Positions 45,325-55,993 are shown, counted from the stretch's first letter. The stretch: DNA of 64,000 bases from Escherichia coli (GCF_003018255.1 NZ_CP027440.1), one strand, 5' to 3'. Notes: generated by a model not told the origin, from the sequence alone. Numbers and translations: made by a program.

Positions 45325-47085
45325 ATGGACGATCTAACCCAACGCTACTACGAAGCCGAAATGCGCTACCTGCGTGAAGCGGGGAAAGAATTTGCGCAGG
45401 CTTACCCCGACCGCGCCGCGATGCTCAATCTTGATAAACCCGGCGCACGCGATCCCTATGTGGAGCGCCTGTTCGAAGGCTTCGCTTTTTTAATGGGTCG
45501 CCTGCGTGAAAAGCTGGATGACGACCTGCCCGAACTGACCGAGGGGCTGGTCAGCCTGCTGTGGCCTCACTACCTGCGAACCATCCCGTCACTTTCCGTG
45601 GTTGAACTGTCGACAGATCACCGGCAGATGAAGCAGAGCGAAACACTGAGTAATTTTCAGGTATTGTCGCGTCCTGTTGGCGAGCGCAGAACCCGCTGTG
45701 TCTACAGTGCTACGCGGGATATCACGCTGCATCCGCTGGCGCTGCCGGACGTGTCATTGCAATATGAACCGGACGGGCGCTCGGTTATCCGTCTGCGCTT
45801 TGAATGCGGCCCGCTGGTTGGTGACTGGTCACAGATCGATCTATCCCGTTTGCCGCTCTATCTCAATGCCGACAGCCCGGTGGCCTGTGCGCTGCACCGG
45901 GCTTTAACGCTTGGCACCCAGCAGTTCTGGCTGCGTCTGCCGGGGCAGGAACGCCGTGTGCTGGACGCGCACTTTTCCCCGATGGGTTTTGATGACAATG
46001 ACCGACTGTGGCCAAAAGGCGAGTCGGCGTTCAGCGGCTACCAGTTGCTGCTGGAGTATTTCACCTTCCGCGAAAAGTTTATGTTTGTGGCGCTGAACGG
46101 GCTGGAGAACGTCATCTGGCCGGAAGGGATGAGCGGCTTTGAGATTGACGTGGTGCTGAGCGAGAACTGGCCTCACGACCTGCCGTTTGACAGCGATAAT
46201 ATCCGTCTGCACTGCGTGCCGGTCATCAACCTGTTCCCGCTGGAAGCCGATCCGTTACACCTTTCGCCACTGGAAAACGAATTTCTGCTGCGCCCGATGC
46301 GTATTCAGGACGGGCATACCGAGATTTATTCCGTCGACAACATTATTTCTTCGCGCCATACCGGCAGTCAGGCGTATGTCCCGTTTTCCAGCTTTCGTCA
46401 CCGGGGCGGGATGCTGCGCCACGATGCACCGGAACGCTATTACCATACGCGGGTTAAGCGCGGCCCTTCCGGCCTGCATGATACCTGGCTGATTCTGGGC
46501 GGCGATGCGTTTGATTCCGACCGGATGCTGGAGGATGAAACGCTCTCTTTAAGCCTGACCGGCACTAACGGACAGCTTCCCCGTAAGGCTTTACAGAGCA
46601 CGCTGCTTGATACGCCAGTTCATGCCTCACAGAACGTCCTGCGGGTGCGCAACCTGTGCGCCCCGACGCAGCCCTGTTATCCCCCGGCGCGTGACCGCTT
46701 CCACTGGCGGGTGCTCAGCCACCTCGGTTCTAACTTTCTTTCAATGATGGATAACGCCGAAATTCTGCGCGGCACGCTGGCGCTGTACGACTGGACCGAA
46801 AGCGAGATGAACCGCCGCCGTCTGTCGGCGATTGTCGACGTTCAGCACAGCCTGATACAGCGTTTTGAAAGAGGCTTTCTGCTGCGTGGCGTGGATATTC
46901 AGGTGACGCTGGACAGCACCGGCTTTGCCGGAGAGGGTGATATCACGCTGTTTGGCGAACTGCTGCACCGCTTCTTTGCACTGTATGCCGATATCCACTT
47001 ATTCACTCAACTGACCTTAATTCTGCAACCCACAGGAAAGTGCCTGCAATGGACAGAGCATCACAGCCAGCGCGTACCGGGCTGA
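45325..47085 (+). CDS. tssF: T6SS baseplate protein TssF
   Basis: MDDLTQRYYEAEMRYLREAGKEFAQAYPDRAAMLNL... (typical TssF N-terminus), 586 aa from ATG 45325 with AAGGAAG upstream; the track begins at 45286. Confidence 0.88.
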   Translation: MDDLTQRYYEAEMRYLREAGKEFAQAYPDRAAMLNLDKPGARDPYVERLFEGFAFLMGRLREKLDDDLPELTEGLVSLLWPHYLRTIPSLSVVELSTDHRQMKQSETLSNFQVLSRPVGERRTRCVYSATRDITLHPLALPDVSLQYEPDGRSVIRLRFECGPLVGDWSQIDLSRLPLYLNADSPVACALHRALTLGTQQFWLRLPGQERRVLDAHFSPMGFDDNDRLWPKGESAFSGYQLLLEYFTFREKFMFVALNGLENVIWPEGMSGFEIDVVLSENWPHDLPFDSDNIRLHCVPVINLFPLEADPLHLSPLENEFLLRPMRIQDGHTEIYSVDNIISSRHTGSQAYVPFSSFRHRGGMLRHDAPERYYHTRVKRGPSGLHDTWLILGGDAFDSDRMLEDETLSLSLTGTNGQLPRKALQSTLLDTPVHASQNVLRVRNLCAPTQPCYPPARDRFHWRVLSHLGSNFLSMMDNAEILRGTLALYDWTESEMNRRRLSAIVDVQHSLIQRFERGFLLRGVDIQVTLDSTGFAGEGDITLFGELLHRFFALYADIHLFTQLTLILQPTGKCLQWTEHHSQRVPG

Positions 47086-48128
47086 CCGACCGGCTGGCCC
47101 CGGATATTGCGCGGATCAATTTTTACCGTTTTTGCCAGTTGCTGGAACAGAGCCCGCAGAACGCGCCGCTGGGCAGTACCGACAGCCCCGCCACCGATGC
47201 GGTGCGCTTTCGTCCTCATCCAGGTATGGGCTTTCCGGTCAGCGAGTTAAAAAACGTTGAACGTGACGTGGGCAATCCCGACGCGCCCCCCACGGTGCGC
47301 ACCACTTTTCTCGGCCTGTACGGCGTGGATTCGCCGCTGCCAACCGCCTATCTGGACTACATTACCCAGCGTCATGACGGACATGACGCAGTGATGGCGT
47401 TTCTCGATATTTTTAACCATCGCTTTATTACTCAGTACTACCGCATCTGGCGCAAATATAACTACCCGGCGTCGTTTGAAGCAGGTGCCGTGGATGACAT
47501 TTCCCGTTGTCTGCTGGGACTCATCGGGCTGGGTATTCCCGGCAGCGAGAACCATATCGCCACGCCGGTATCCCGTTTTCTGGCCCTGCTCAGCGTGATG
47601 CGCCTGCCGACGCGCACGGCGGAAGGCGTTACGGCACTGGTGGGACTGCTTGCCCCGCTGACGAAAGCGACGGTGGTGCCTCATGATCCGCAGCCTGTAA
47701 TTCTCCCGGCCCCTGCGGGTCTGTCAAAAAATTCACGCATCAGCCTGAAAACGCGAACGCTGCTGGGGCGTACCGGTACCGACGTCAACAGCCAGTTGCT
47801 GCTGAAACTGTATACCGAAGATGCCGCAGAAGCGCGTGGCTGGCTGCCCGGCGGGCAACTGCACAGCGATTTGCTGGTGCTGCTGCGCGTTTATCTGGGC
47901 TGGCGCTGTCAGGCCCGTCTGCAACTGACGCTGCCCGTCAGCCTGTTGCCTGCTGCCCGGCTGGGAAAACAGCGTGTACAGATTAGCCGTACCGGCATCC
48001 TTCGCGCCTCCTTTGCCGCGCCCGCGACCGGAACAGTGACGGTCAGTCTGGGGCGTTATCAGGGATTAATACCCGCTTTTTCCATTCGTAACAGGGAGAG
48101 TATGACTCATGTTTCCTATTCGTTTTAA
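47040..48128 (+). CDS. tssG: T6SS baseplate protein TssG
   Basis: 362-aa ORF overlapping the tssF 3' end, with INFYRFCQLLEQ near the N-terminus; start may be ATG 47049. Confidence 0.8.
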   Translation: MPAMDRASQPARTGLTDRLAPDIARINFYRFCQLLEQSPQNAPLGSTDSPATDAVRFRPHPGMGFPVSELKNVERDVGNPDAPPTVRTTFLGLYGVDSPLPTAYLDYITQRHDGHDAVMAFLDIFNHRFITQYYRIWRKYNYPASFEAGAVDDISRCLLGLIGLGIPGSENHIATPVSRFLALLSVMRLPTRTAEGVTALVGLLAPLTKATVVPHDPQPVILPAPAGLSKNSRISLKTRTLLGRTGTDVNSQLLLKLYTEDAAEARGWLPGGQLHSDLLVLLRVYLGWRCQARLQLTLPVSLLPAARLGKQRVQISRTGILRASFAAPATGTVTVSLGRYQGLIPAFSIRNRESMTHVSYSF

Positions 48129-48645
48129 ACGTCCGGCGTTGCTCTGTATGGCGATGCTGACGGTTGTTCTGAGTGGCTGCGGGCTGATTCAGAAAGTGGT
48201 GGATGAATCGAAAAGCGTGGCCTCAGCCGTTTTCTACAAACAAATCAAAATACTGCATCTCGATTTCTTCTCCCGCAGCGCCCTGAATACGGATGCGGAA
48301 GATACGCCGCTTTCCACGATGGTGCATGTCTGGCAACTGAAAACCCGCGAAGATTTTGATAAGGCGGATTATGACACCCTGTTTATGCAGGAAGAGAAGA
48401 CGCTGGAGAAGGACGTACTGGCAAAACACACCGTCTGGGTAAAACCTGAAGGCACGGCATCCCTGAATGTGCCGCTGGATAAAGAGACGCAGTTTGTCGC
48501 CATTATTGGGCAGTTTTATCACCCGGATGAAAAAAGCGACAGCTGGCGTCTGGTGATCAAAAGGGACGAACTGGAGGCCGACAAGCCGCGCTCGATTGAA
48601 CTGATGAGAAGCGACCTGCGACTGCTGCCTCTCAAGGATAAATAA
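48109..48645 (+). CDS. tssJ: T6SS outer-membrane lipoprotein TssJ
   Basis: 178 aa with signal peptide and lipobox (MLTVVLSGCG); size and position typical of TssJ/SciN. Confidence 0.85.
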   Translation: MFPIRFKRPALLCMAMLTVVLSGCGLIQKVVDESKSVASAVFYKQIKILHLDFFSRSALNTDAEDTPLSTMVHVWQLKTREDFDKADYDTLFMQEEKTLEKDVLAKHTVWVKPEGTASLNVPLDKETQFVAIIGQFYHPDEKSDSWRLVIKRDELEADKPRSIELMRSDLRLLPLKDK

Positions 48646-48648
48646 CCG

Positions 48649-49077
48649 ATGGCGACACCTTCCTTATATGAAATGCTGACGTTCAGTTTCAGCGGCGAGT
48701 TACCGCTGGAACAGGTCAGTGAGCGGGATCAGCTTATCCTTTCCGTGATGGACAATATGCAACGCATTATCAACTGTCGGGCAGGCACACTGGCGCATTT
48801 GCCGGATTACGGTCTGCCGGATCTCAGCCTGATCCATCAGGGGATGGCTGCGGGTATTCATAGCCTGATGCGCCAGATTGAAGAAACGCTGCTGCGTTAT
48901 GAACCACGCCTGAATCAGATACAGGTGGAGTTACTGCCCCAGCCCGGTCCGGGGCATCTTAATTACCTGATCCACGCGCAGCTTCCCGATACCGGCTGGA
49001 TACGCTTTGATGGCGTATTTTCTCCGGAAGGACGAATTGTTCTGCGTCATCTCAAACAACAGGAGCGGGCGTACTGA
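48649..49077 (+). CDS. tssE: T6SS baseplate protein TssE (gp25-like)
   Basis: 142-aa ORF between tssJ and the tagA-like gene; size and context fit TssE. Confidence 0.75.
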   Translation: MATPSLYEMLTFSFSGELPLEQVSERDQLILSVMDNMQRIINCRAGTLAHLPDYGLPDLSLIHQGMAAGIHSLMRQIEETLLRYEPRLNQIQVELLPQPGPGHLNYLIHAQLPDTGWIRFDGVFSPEGRIVLRHLKQQERAY

Positions 49078-50453
49078 TGGCAAGTAACGCGAATTTTATC
49101 AGCCAGTTCGTCATGGGCGGCGATCCCTGTACTTATAAGGAATCCGGTGAACTGCAGGCTGAAATGAGTAAACTGACTCACCCGGCCCGACCGGATGTGG
49201 ACTGGCGTCAGGTGGAAAAACTCTGCCTCGCGCTGTTCCGGCAAAATGGCGTGGAACTACAGACGCTGGTCTGTTACGTGCTGGCAATAACCAGACGGCA
49301 GGGGCTGGCAGGGATGGCAGACGGACTCGGTTCACTGGATATACTGCTCCAGCGCTGGGCTGACTTCTGGCCGGTACAGGTACATTCCAGAATATCACTG
49401 CTCAGCTGGGTCACAGAAAAAATGCAGCAGGCACTGAGAACGCTGGATATTCAGTATCAGGATCTGCCGCAGATCTACCGTTGTGTACAGCATCTTTCCG
49501 CCATCGAAACCACGCTGCAACAGTGTGAACTGTGGCATATGACGAAGCTGGACGTATTGTCCGGGCAGTTTCGCAATGCGGCTCTGCGTCTGGAACGGCT
49601 GGCGCCTCAGGGAGCGGAAACCATTATCACTCCCCCTGAATTACCCCGCCGGGAAATGAATCAACCGAAAAAGTCAGAGGAAAGTCCACAGCCGGTTTTT
49701 GCAACCAGATCCGTTCAGCAAAACGATAAGGATGCCAGTCCACCCGTGCCATCCCCTGAAATCTCCCGGCAGCGGACATGGCCGATATTTATGGCCGGAA
49801 TGGTTGTGATGGCCGGTCTCGGCGGAACAGGATTATGGGGCTGGTCGCAGCTTAATCAGCCGGACGCGCTAATCCAGCGAATACAACTGTCTGTCATGCC
49901 GTTGCCGCAGTCGCTGGAGAGCGGCGAACTGGCAAAGCTGGATGTAAAGGATAAGGCGCTGCTGGCTCAGGACAGAACAATTGCGGCAAGTCAGATGCAA
50001 CTGGAGCAGTTAAACAAATTGCCTGCCCGCTGGCCACTGGAGCAGGGATATCGCCAGCTACGCCAGCTTGATGCCCTGTGGCCGGATAATCCTCAGGTCA
50101 GGGCGCTGAACGCGCAGTGGCGCAAACAGCGGGAGCTGAGCGCCCTGTCTGCTGAGGCACTGAATGGCTATGCTCAGGCGCAGAGCCAGCTACAGCGCCT
50201 GTCGGCGCAGCTGGATGCACTGGATGAACGTAAGGGGAGATATCTGACCGGTTCGGAACTAAAAACGGCGGTGTACGGCATCCGGCAGTCGTTAAAGGAG
50301 CCGCCGCTGGAAGAACTGCTTCGGCAACTGGAAGAGCAAAAACAGACCGGAGAGGTTTCGCCAACGCTGTTGACGCAAATTGATACCCGGTTAAATCAGT
50401 TGTTGAATCGCTATGTCATTTTACTGGATACGAAGGTGGAACAAAGTCAGTAA
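49077..50453 (+). CDS. tagA: TagA-like TssA-family accessory protein (ImpA_N-like domain, internal hydrophobic segment, C-terminal coiled coil)
   Basis: 458 aa; N-terminal region resembles ImpA_N (DPCTYKESGELQAEMSKL...DVDWRQVEKLCLALFRQNGVELQTLVCYVLA); hydrophobic segment WPIFMAGMVVMAGLGGTGLWGW; Q/L-rich C-terminus. ATG overlaps the tssE stop. Confidence 0.6.
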   Translation: MASNANFISQFVMGGDPCTYKESGELQAEMSKLTHPARPDVDWRQVEKLCLALFRQNGVELQTLVCYVLAITRRQGLAGMADGLGSLDILLQRWADFWPVQVHSRISLLSWVTEKMQQALRTLDIQYQDLPQIYRCVQHLSAIETTLQQCELWHMTKLDVLSGQFRNAALRLERLAPQGAETIITPPELPRREMNQPKKSEESPQPVFATRSVQQNDKDASPPVPSPEISRQRTWPIFMAGMVVMAGLGGTGLWGWSQLNQPDALIQRIQLSVMPLPQSLESGELAKLDVKDKALLAQDRTIAASQMQLEQLNKLPARWPLEQGYRQLRQLDALWPDNPQVRALNAQWRKQRELSALSAEALNGYAQAQSQLQRLSAQLDALDERKGRYLTGSELKTAVYGIRQSLKEPPLEELLRQLEEQKQTGEVSPTLLTQIDTRLNQLLNRYVILLDTKVEQSQ

Positions 50454-50660
50454 ACATCGGGGGATTTATGTACCAATAAGGGATATGTGACCTTGCCATT
50501 TTTTAAAATGGAGTCTCTGTGTACAAAAAAGAGAGGAACAGGCCATTCGATCTACTCGTTGATTCACATCAGATAATGAGTGTATATTTCGGTAGATAGC
50601 TTGGGTTCGGGAACAGTGAATACCTTAAGTTTCAAAAGATTGGATTAACCTCTTGACTGT

Positions 50661-50701
50661 GGCCCCCGCAACCAATTTATTAGAATGCTGACAAACCGCA
50701 A
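50661..50701 (+). repeat. Direct repeat copy 2 (duplicate of tRNA-fMet 3' end plus 27 bp); att-like module boundary
   Basis: Identical to 23530-23570, with no tRNA body upstream. Confidence 0.85.
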
Positions 50702-50727
50702 TGTGTTCTACAAATTGCGGTTTTTTT
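50693..50727 (+). terminator. Intrinsic terminator-like hairpin at the second repeat
   Basis: Stem AACCGCAAT / ATTGCGGTT followed by T7 (50721-50727); same stem as at 23563-23591 but with a different loop. Confidence 0.5.
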
Positions 50728-50753
50728 GTATTTAAAATCTTTGTTCGCTGAAC

Positions 50754-51710
50754 TCACAACACGTTTTTTATCTCCCTTCCTGCGAAGTAATCAATTATCG
50801 ACTGGGCAACGTGTATCCCGGTTTGCTGGTATGACTCAACGGTGGCGGCCGCGATATGCGGCGTTGTAATGATATTTTTGGCATGTAGCAGTGGGCTAAA
50901 TTGCGCCAACGGTTCAGAGCTAAACACATCCAGCGCCGCAAACACATTTCGTTCTTCAATCACCTGAAGTAAAGCGCCCTCATCCAGCAACTTTCCCCTT
51001 GCGGCATTGATGATCAGAGCACCATTGCGCATCATCGACAAATATTTATGACTAATGAAGTTCTCCAGCTCAGAAGAAAAAGGCAAAAGAACAATGATGA
51101 CATGCGACTGCATAAAGATATCTTCAATTGATACAAACTGAACTCCAGCTTTGTCAGCAACCTGATAGTCGGGTTGTTTGTCAAAAGCTAAAAGCTCAAC
51201 ATCAAAACCAGATAACCTTTTCGCCAGTGTTTTGCCAATATTGCCGTAGCCAAGCAGGCCAATACGTTTACCTTGTAACTCGCAGCCATGCGACTCACCC
51301 CAATAACCATTTTGCATTGCATGATAGCTACCGGGGATATTTCTCATGCTCGCAAAAATAAGACCGATGATAAATTCCGCGACTGCGTTTGAATTAATCC
51401 CAACAGCATTATTGACCACAATACCTGATTGTCGAGCCGTATGAAGATCAATATTATCAATCCCTGTCCCGAATCTCGATATTATTTTCACTCCTGGTAG
51501 TCGCGATAACGTATCCGCTTGATAACAATCTTTTCCGGCAATGACTGCGCAAATAGATTCTCGTAATACTGTGGATTCTGATTTAACCAGATGCTCCACA
51601 TTATTCTTGATAATAAGGTTAAAATGATTTTCTCTTAGCAGCTTGCTGGCAGAAACACAACGCGCTGAAAAGCTGGGAACGGTGACCAGAACGTTTTTCA
51701 TAGCTGACAC
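50754..51710 (-). CDS. D-isomer-specific 2-hydroxyacid dehydrogenase family protein (NAD-binding)
   Basis: 318 aa with Rossmann motif LLGYGNIGKTLAKRL; last gene of the minus-strand operon. Confidence 0.8.
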   Translation of the reverse strand: MSAMKNVLVTVPSFSARCVSASKLLRENHFNLIIKNNVEHLVKSESTVLRESICAVIAGKDCYQADTLSRLPGVKIISRFGTGIDNIDLHTARQSGIVVNNAVGINSNAVAEFIIGLIFASMRNIPGSYHAMQNGYWGESHGCELQGKRIGLLGYGNIGKTLAKRLSGFDVELLAFDKQPDYQVADKAGVQFVSIEDIFMQSHVIIVLLPFSSELENFISHKYLSMMRNGALIINAARGKLLDEGALLQVIEERNVFAALDVFSSEPLAQFSPLLHAKNIITTPHIAAATVESYQQTGIHVAQSIIDYFAGREIKNVL

Positions 51711-51771
51711 TCACATCAATGAACGCCACCCCAAAAGATGGCGTGACCGGTTACTGTTTTATATTCTAAAA

Positions 51772-52368
51772 TTATGAGTTTGCTTTAATACCGAGCGCAC
51801 CTCCTGGATGATATAAGCCGAAATCAGCACGAGTAAACTTTTTCAATTCGGAGAGCGCAAGCGCCACCGCATCACCAACAACCAGAACGACTGTTGATGA
51901 GCATGACGGCGCTAAACCTAAATTATCCGCCTCACTTTTTACGGGAATTTCAACGGATAAATCACAACTTATCGCAAGCGATGAGCGATGACTGCGGGTA
52001 AAGGAGATCAAATAATTACCCATTTTTTTCAGACTAGGTAGTGTTGCCAGGATTTCTGTCGTCTCACCACTGTTTGAAATAAGAATAACAACATCATCTT
52101 TCGCCACCATCCCAAGATCGCCGTGTACGGCTTCAGTACCGTGAACAAAAAACGAGGGAGTTCCAGTGCTGGCAAATGTTGCGGCGAGTTTTCGGGCAAT
52201 AATACCGGACTTACCGACACCAATAAAAACAACTTTCCCCTGACAAGACTGTAATACTTTAATTAAATTTGCGACCTCCGAAAGGGGGGAATCAATAACT
52301 TCTTCAACTGCTTTATGTTCGTTACGCATAAAATGTTTAATGAGATGGATAAGATCCGTACTGTTCAT
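51772..52368 (-). CDS. SIS-domain (sugar isomerase / sugar-phosphate binding) protein
   Basis: 198 aa with SIS motif VVFIGVGKSGIIARKLAATFASTGTPSFFVH. Confidence 0.8.
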   Translation of the reverse strand: MNSTDLIHLIKHFMRNEHKAVEEVIDSPLSEVANLIKVLQSCQGKVVFIGVGKSGIIARKLAATFASTGTPSFFVHGTEAVHGDLGMVAKDDVVILISNSGETTEILATLPSLKKMGNYLISFTRSHRSSLAISCDLSVEIPVKSEADNLGLAPSCSSTVVLVVGDAVALALSELKKFTRADFGLYHPGGALGIKANS

Positions 52369-52370
52369 TT

Positions 52371-53546
52371 TTATTTTCCTTGATTAATATTTTTAATTAC
52401 ACTCGCAAGACGCGTAAGCCCCATATATAATTTTTCTCGACCGCAGGCCAGGTTCAGACGAAGGTAGCCCTCCCCCTCCGTTCCATAGACATTCCCCGCC
52501 ATAATGCCCACTTTGCCTTCATGAATTAATCGACTGTAGAATTCATCAAAGGAATAACCAATAGCAGAGCAATCTATCCACGAAAAATAGCAACCATCAG
52601 CTGGCCTTACGATCAATTCTGGAGTATTTTCGTTCAGATACTGCTGGGTGAATTGAATGTTAGAGGCGATATGTGCCTTTAATGACTTTAACCATCCCTC
52701 ACATTCATTATAGGCAACAATGGTTGCAATTATATTCAGTACTGATGGGGAGTTTACGAAATCGCGATACCTCGATATCGTTCTGAACTTATGATTATAA
52801 TCCTCGTCAGTTGAAATCAGATACGATCCTGTTAGCGCAGGAACATTAAATGTTTTCGATATCGAGTTAAATACCACTACTTTTTCTTTTTTTATTTTAA
52901 GCGCGGATGTAAAGCTACGATTAAAAACAAAATCACTATGAATTTCATCTGAACATAACCAGACATTATGCCTTGTACAGCTTGTAGCGATTTTAAGCAG
53001 TTCTTCTTCCGACCAGACTGTTCCTGTCGGATTATGAGGATTACATAATAACACCATCTTTGCGCTTTTAATCTTAAGATCAAAATCTTGCCAGTTGATA
53101 GCGTAGCCCCCCTCATTTTTTATAATCAAAGAGGCTGTCAGAATATTTCGCTCGCTATGTTTAATTACATCAAAAAATGCATTATAGACAGGTGTAAAAA
53201 CGAGAATATTATCACCATGCGATGTCAATAACTCTATTGCCTTTGCAATAGAGTACATCACACTGGGGCTATAGGTTATCCATTCAGGTTTAATGTCTGT
53301 TTGATATTGTTGATGATACCAGTTTACTATCGCATTCAGATATTCACCATGTTGCCAACGACTGTACCCTAAAATCGGGTGTTCCAGGCGTTTTTTTAAT
53401 GCTCTGGTGATAGCGTCTGGTATCGGAAGATCCATATCTGAAATAGAGAAGGGTAATACATCTTTTACACCAAATCTGTCCTCGCAAAAGTCCCATTGGG
53501 TGCAATATGTTCCTTTACGGGAAATAGGAGTATTAAAAATATCCAT
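52371..53546 (-). CDS. PLP-dependent class I/II aminotransferase-fold enzyme, MalY/PatB-like C-S lyase
   Basis: 391 aa with PLP-lysine motif SISKTFN; similar in size and features to MalY. Confidence 0.8.
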   Translation of the reverse strand: MDIFNTPISRKGTYCTQWDFCEDRFGVKDVLPFSISDMDLPIPDAITRALKKRLEHPILGYSRWQHGEYLNAIVNWYHQQYQTDIKPEWITYSPSVMYSIAKAIELLTSHGDNILVFTPVYNAFFDVIKHSERNILTASLIIKNEGGYAINWQDFDLKIKSAKMVLLCNPHNPTGTVWSEEELLKIATSCTRHNVWLCSDEIHSDFVFNRSFTSALKIKKEKVVVFNSISKTFNVPALTGSYLISTDEDYNHKFRTISRYRDFVNSPSVLNIIATIVAYNECEGWLKSLKAHIASNIQFTQQYLNENTPELIVRPADGCYFSWIDCSAIGYSFDEFYSRLIHEGKVGIMAGNVYGTEGEGYLRLNLACGREKLYMGLTRLASVIKNINQGK

Positions 53547-55126
53547 CAGCGCATCCCCATGTAGTTATCCATATCCCTACGCAGGGCGATGACTTTAGTG
53601 CCGATAATGACTTGTAGGGTATTTTGATCAAGTTTAACAACCGCAATCCCGCCAGCTCTTTTTATTGCAACTTCATCAATCAATCCCATATCTGCGATTG
53701 TTAAACGTAAACGAGTTACGCAATTATCCAGTGACTTAATATTCTCTTTACCACCAAGTGCCTTAACCATCTGCTCCGCTGCTTGCAACTCTGATTTATC
53801 AAGAGTTGGGGTATCCGCTATAGCCGTATCTTCGTGAGCGTTCAGCGTGACAGGACTGGACTCTTCACGTCCTACGGTCATCAGGTTAAATTTGAGAATG
53901 GTCCAACGGAACACAAAGTAATAAATGAAGAAATAGGCCACTTCAACACACACCGCGATCGGCCAACCTGTTCTTGTGCCACGCAATACGCCAAAGCTAA
54001 TAAATTGAATCAGATCGCCAGTAAATCCCATCTTCACGCCCATATATGGCAAGACCATGTTGGCGAATCCATTCATAAAGGCATGGAAGACAAACAGCAG
54101 CGGACTGACAAATAAGAACAGAAATTCAATCGGTTCGCTGACGCCACCAATAATAACCGTAAGCACACCGGAAATAAGCAATGCTTTGATAGCCTTTCTG
54201 TTTTGAGCATGAGCAGTGCGATACATGGCCAGTGCAGCACCAGCCAGACCGTACTGAATCATCAGTTTGCCCTGCTCCATTTTCCCCGCCAAATCCAGCG
54301 GAATGACCGCATTCTCTTTGACGTACGCCATAAACATGTTCAGGGTGCCGTAATACTCTTCGCCGCCAATCACAGCCGAACCGCCGATTGGCGTAAAGCG
54401 GAACACTGACGTCACCAGATGGTTTAAGCCAAAAGGAATCGTCACACGTTCGGCAACTGCATAGAAGAAATAACCAACAGGACCGGAAGTTGATATCCAG
54501 TGGCCAATGAGCATGAAGAGATTGAAAAATGGCGGCCAGATAAAAGGAATGATCAGACCAAATCCACTCATCACAATCAGTGTAATGATAGGCACCAGAC
54601 GTGGGCCGCTATAAAAACCTAATGATTCTGGAATGCGTAAATTAACGATCTTTTTATACATGCTGGCGACTAATAACCCAGCAACAATTCCCCCTAACAC
54701 GCTGGTATTGTAGGACTGGATCCCCAGAATGATGTTTTGCCCATGTGTCGACATTTGGTCAGCAACGACCAATAAGTCGTGCTGTTTAAGATAAAAGTTC
54801 GTTCCCAGATGCATCGCCATAAAACCAATTAAGCCAGAAAAAGCACCATAGGCTTTATCCTCTTTATCTTTTAATAATCCTAAGGGAATCGCTATCGCAA
54901 ACAATACAGGTAAATTAACAAAGGCAAACAAACCAAGACTAACAATGAAATCAAGTATGGTTTTAATTATTGGAATAGCCAGAAATGGAATTAACTTTGC
55001 CATATCATCACTGGCTAAACCACTTCCCAGCCCTAGCATCATGCCACATACACTTAGCAGAGCAATGGGATACATAAATGCCTTCCCCAGGCTCTGAAAA
55101 AAACTCCAGGCTTTCTTTTGTTTCAT
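53546..55126 (-). CDS. PTS glucose/maltose-family EIICB component (MalX/PtsG-like)
   Basis: 526 aa; polytopic EIIC followed by an EIIB domain with the active-site cysteine motif NCVTRLRL. Confidence 0.85.
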   Translation of the reverse strand: MKQKKAWSFFQSLGKAFMYPIALLSVCGMMLGLGSGLASDDMAKLIPFLAIPIIKTILDFIVSLGLFAFVNLPVLFAIAIPLGLLKDKEDKAYGAFSGLIGFMAMHLGTNFYLKQHDLLVVADQMSTHGQNIILGIQSYNTSVLGGIVAGLLVASMYKKIVNLRIPESLGFYSGPRLVPIITLIVMSGFGLIIPFIWPPFFNLFMLIGHWISTSGPVGYFFYAVAERVTIPFGLNHLVTSVFRFTPIGGSAVIGGEEYYGTLNMFMAYVKENAVIPLDLAGKMEQGKLMIQYGLAGAALAMYRTAHAQNRKAIKALLISGVLTVIIGGVSEPIEFLFLFVSPLLFVFHAFMNGFANMVLPYMGVKMGFTGDLIQFISFGVLRGTRTGWPIAVCVEVAYFFIYYFVFRWTILKFNLMTVGREESSPVTLNAHEDTAIADTPTLDKSELQAAEQMVKALGGKENIKSLDNCVTRLRLTIADMGLIDEVAIKRAGGIAVVKLDQNTLQVIIGTKVIALRRDMDNYMGMR

Positions 55127-55157
55127 GTGGGTTATCTCATATAAATGTTATATATAA

Positions 55158-55982
55158 TTAGTCCATTAATACTTTGGTACGAATAGAGAGATATAGTTTT
55201 TCTTCTAAAATTAATTCATATTTAAAAGTGGCATACAGATACCGTTCAATTTCATGAATTGCGCGCTGTAACAGGATGTCCTTTTCAAGAAACTGTTCAT
55301 AGATATCACCAATATCTTTCTGTTTTATTTTTTCATTGCATAACACGCGACTTGAAAAATATTTAAGGTGCATCATAAATCTGGAATAGTTAAATGAACT
55401 TCTGTCCACCTTTCTGTTATAAACAACTTCAATAAGCTCCGTGATTATTTGCGACAACTCAATAATCCGTACTGATTCATAATCAACTGAATTTTCATAA
55501 TTATTTAAAATATGCAATGCTATAAAACCAATCTCATCATCAGGAAGTTGAACGCTGAATTGCTCATTAATGATAGTTAATGCATCGCGACTTATCGCAT
55601 ACTCTGCTTTGTACAACGCTTTGATTTCATCAAGGAAAACATTATTAATTTGTATACCTGAAACTACTCGGGATATTGCATTCGAAATGTGATCCGCAAG
55701 AATCAATAGTAGCGATGGATTGAGATTTTTTTCGAGATTTTTCTCCGCATATTGCACTATTTTTTCGGCAACAAAAATATACTCAATATCCACATGTTCA
55801 ATCAATTTGTAGAGTTTATTTTTTTGTTCGTTTCTGACATAAAAAATCCGGTTAGCCGGATGTTCAGGGACCGACATTCCATATTTTTTGTTATAACCGA
55901 CGCCAGGTCCAGAAATGATAACCTCCTGTCCATTCATCGATGCCTGTACACAATTATTGTTCATGACTTTTTCGATGATCAT
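55158..55982 (-). CDS. BglG/SacY/GlcT-family transcriptional antiterminator (CAT RNA-binding domain plus two PRDs)
   Basis: MIIEKVMNNNCVQASMNGQEVIISGPGVGYNKKYG (CAT domain) followed by PRD-like regions. Start placed at ATG 55982; the track extension to 56039 translates the leader RAT/terminator. Confidence 0.8.
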   Translation of the reverse strand: MIIEKVMNNNCVQASMNGQEVIISGPGVGYNKKYGMSVPEHPANRIFYVRNEQKNKLYKLIEHVDIEYIFVAEKIVQYAEKNLEKNLNPSLLLILADHISNAISRVVSGIQINNVFLDEIKALYKAEYAISRDALTIINEQFSVQLPDDEIGFIALHILNNYENSVDYESVRIIELSQIITELIEVVYNRKVDRSSFNYSRFMMHLKYFSSRVLCNEKIKQKDIGDIYEQFLEKDILLQRAIHEIERYLYATFKYELILEEKLYLSIRTKVLMD

Positions 55983-55993
55983 TCCATGACTCC

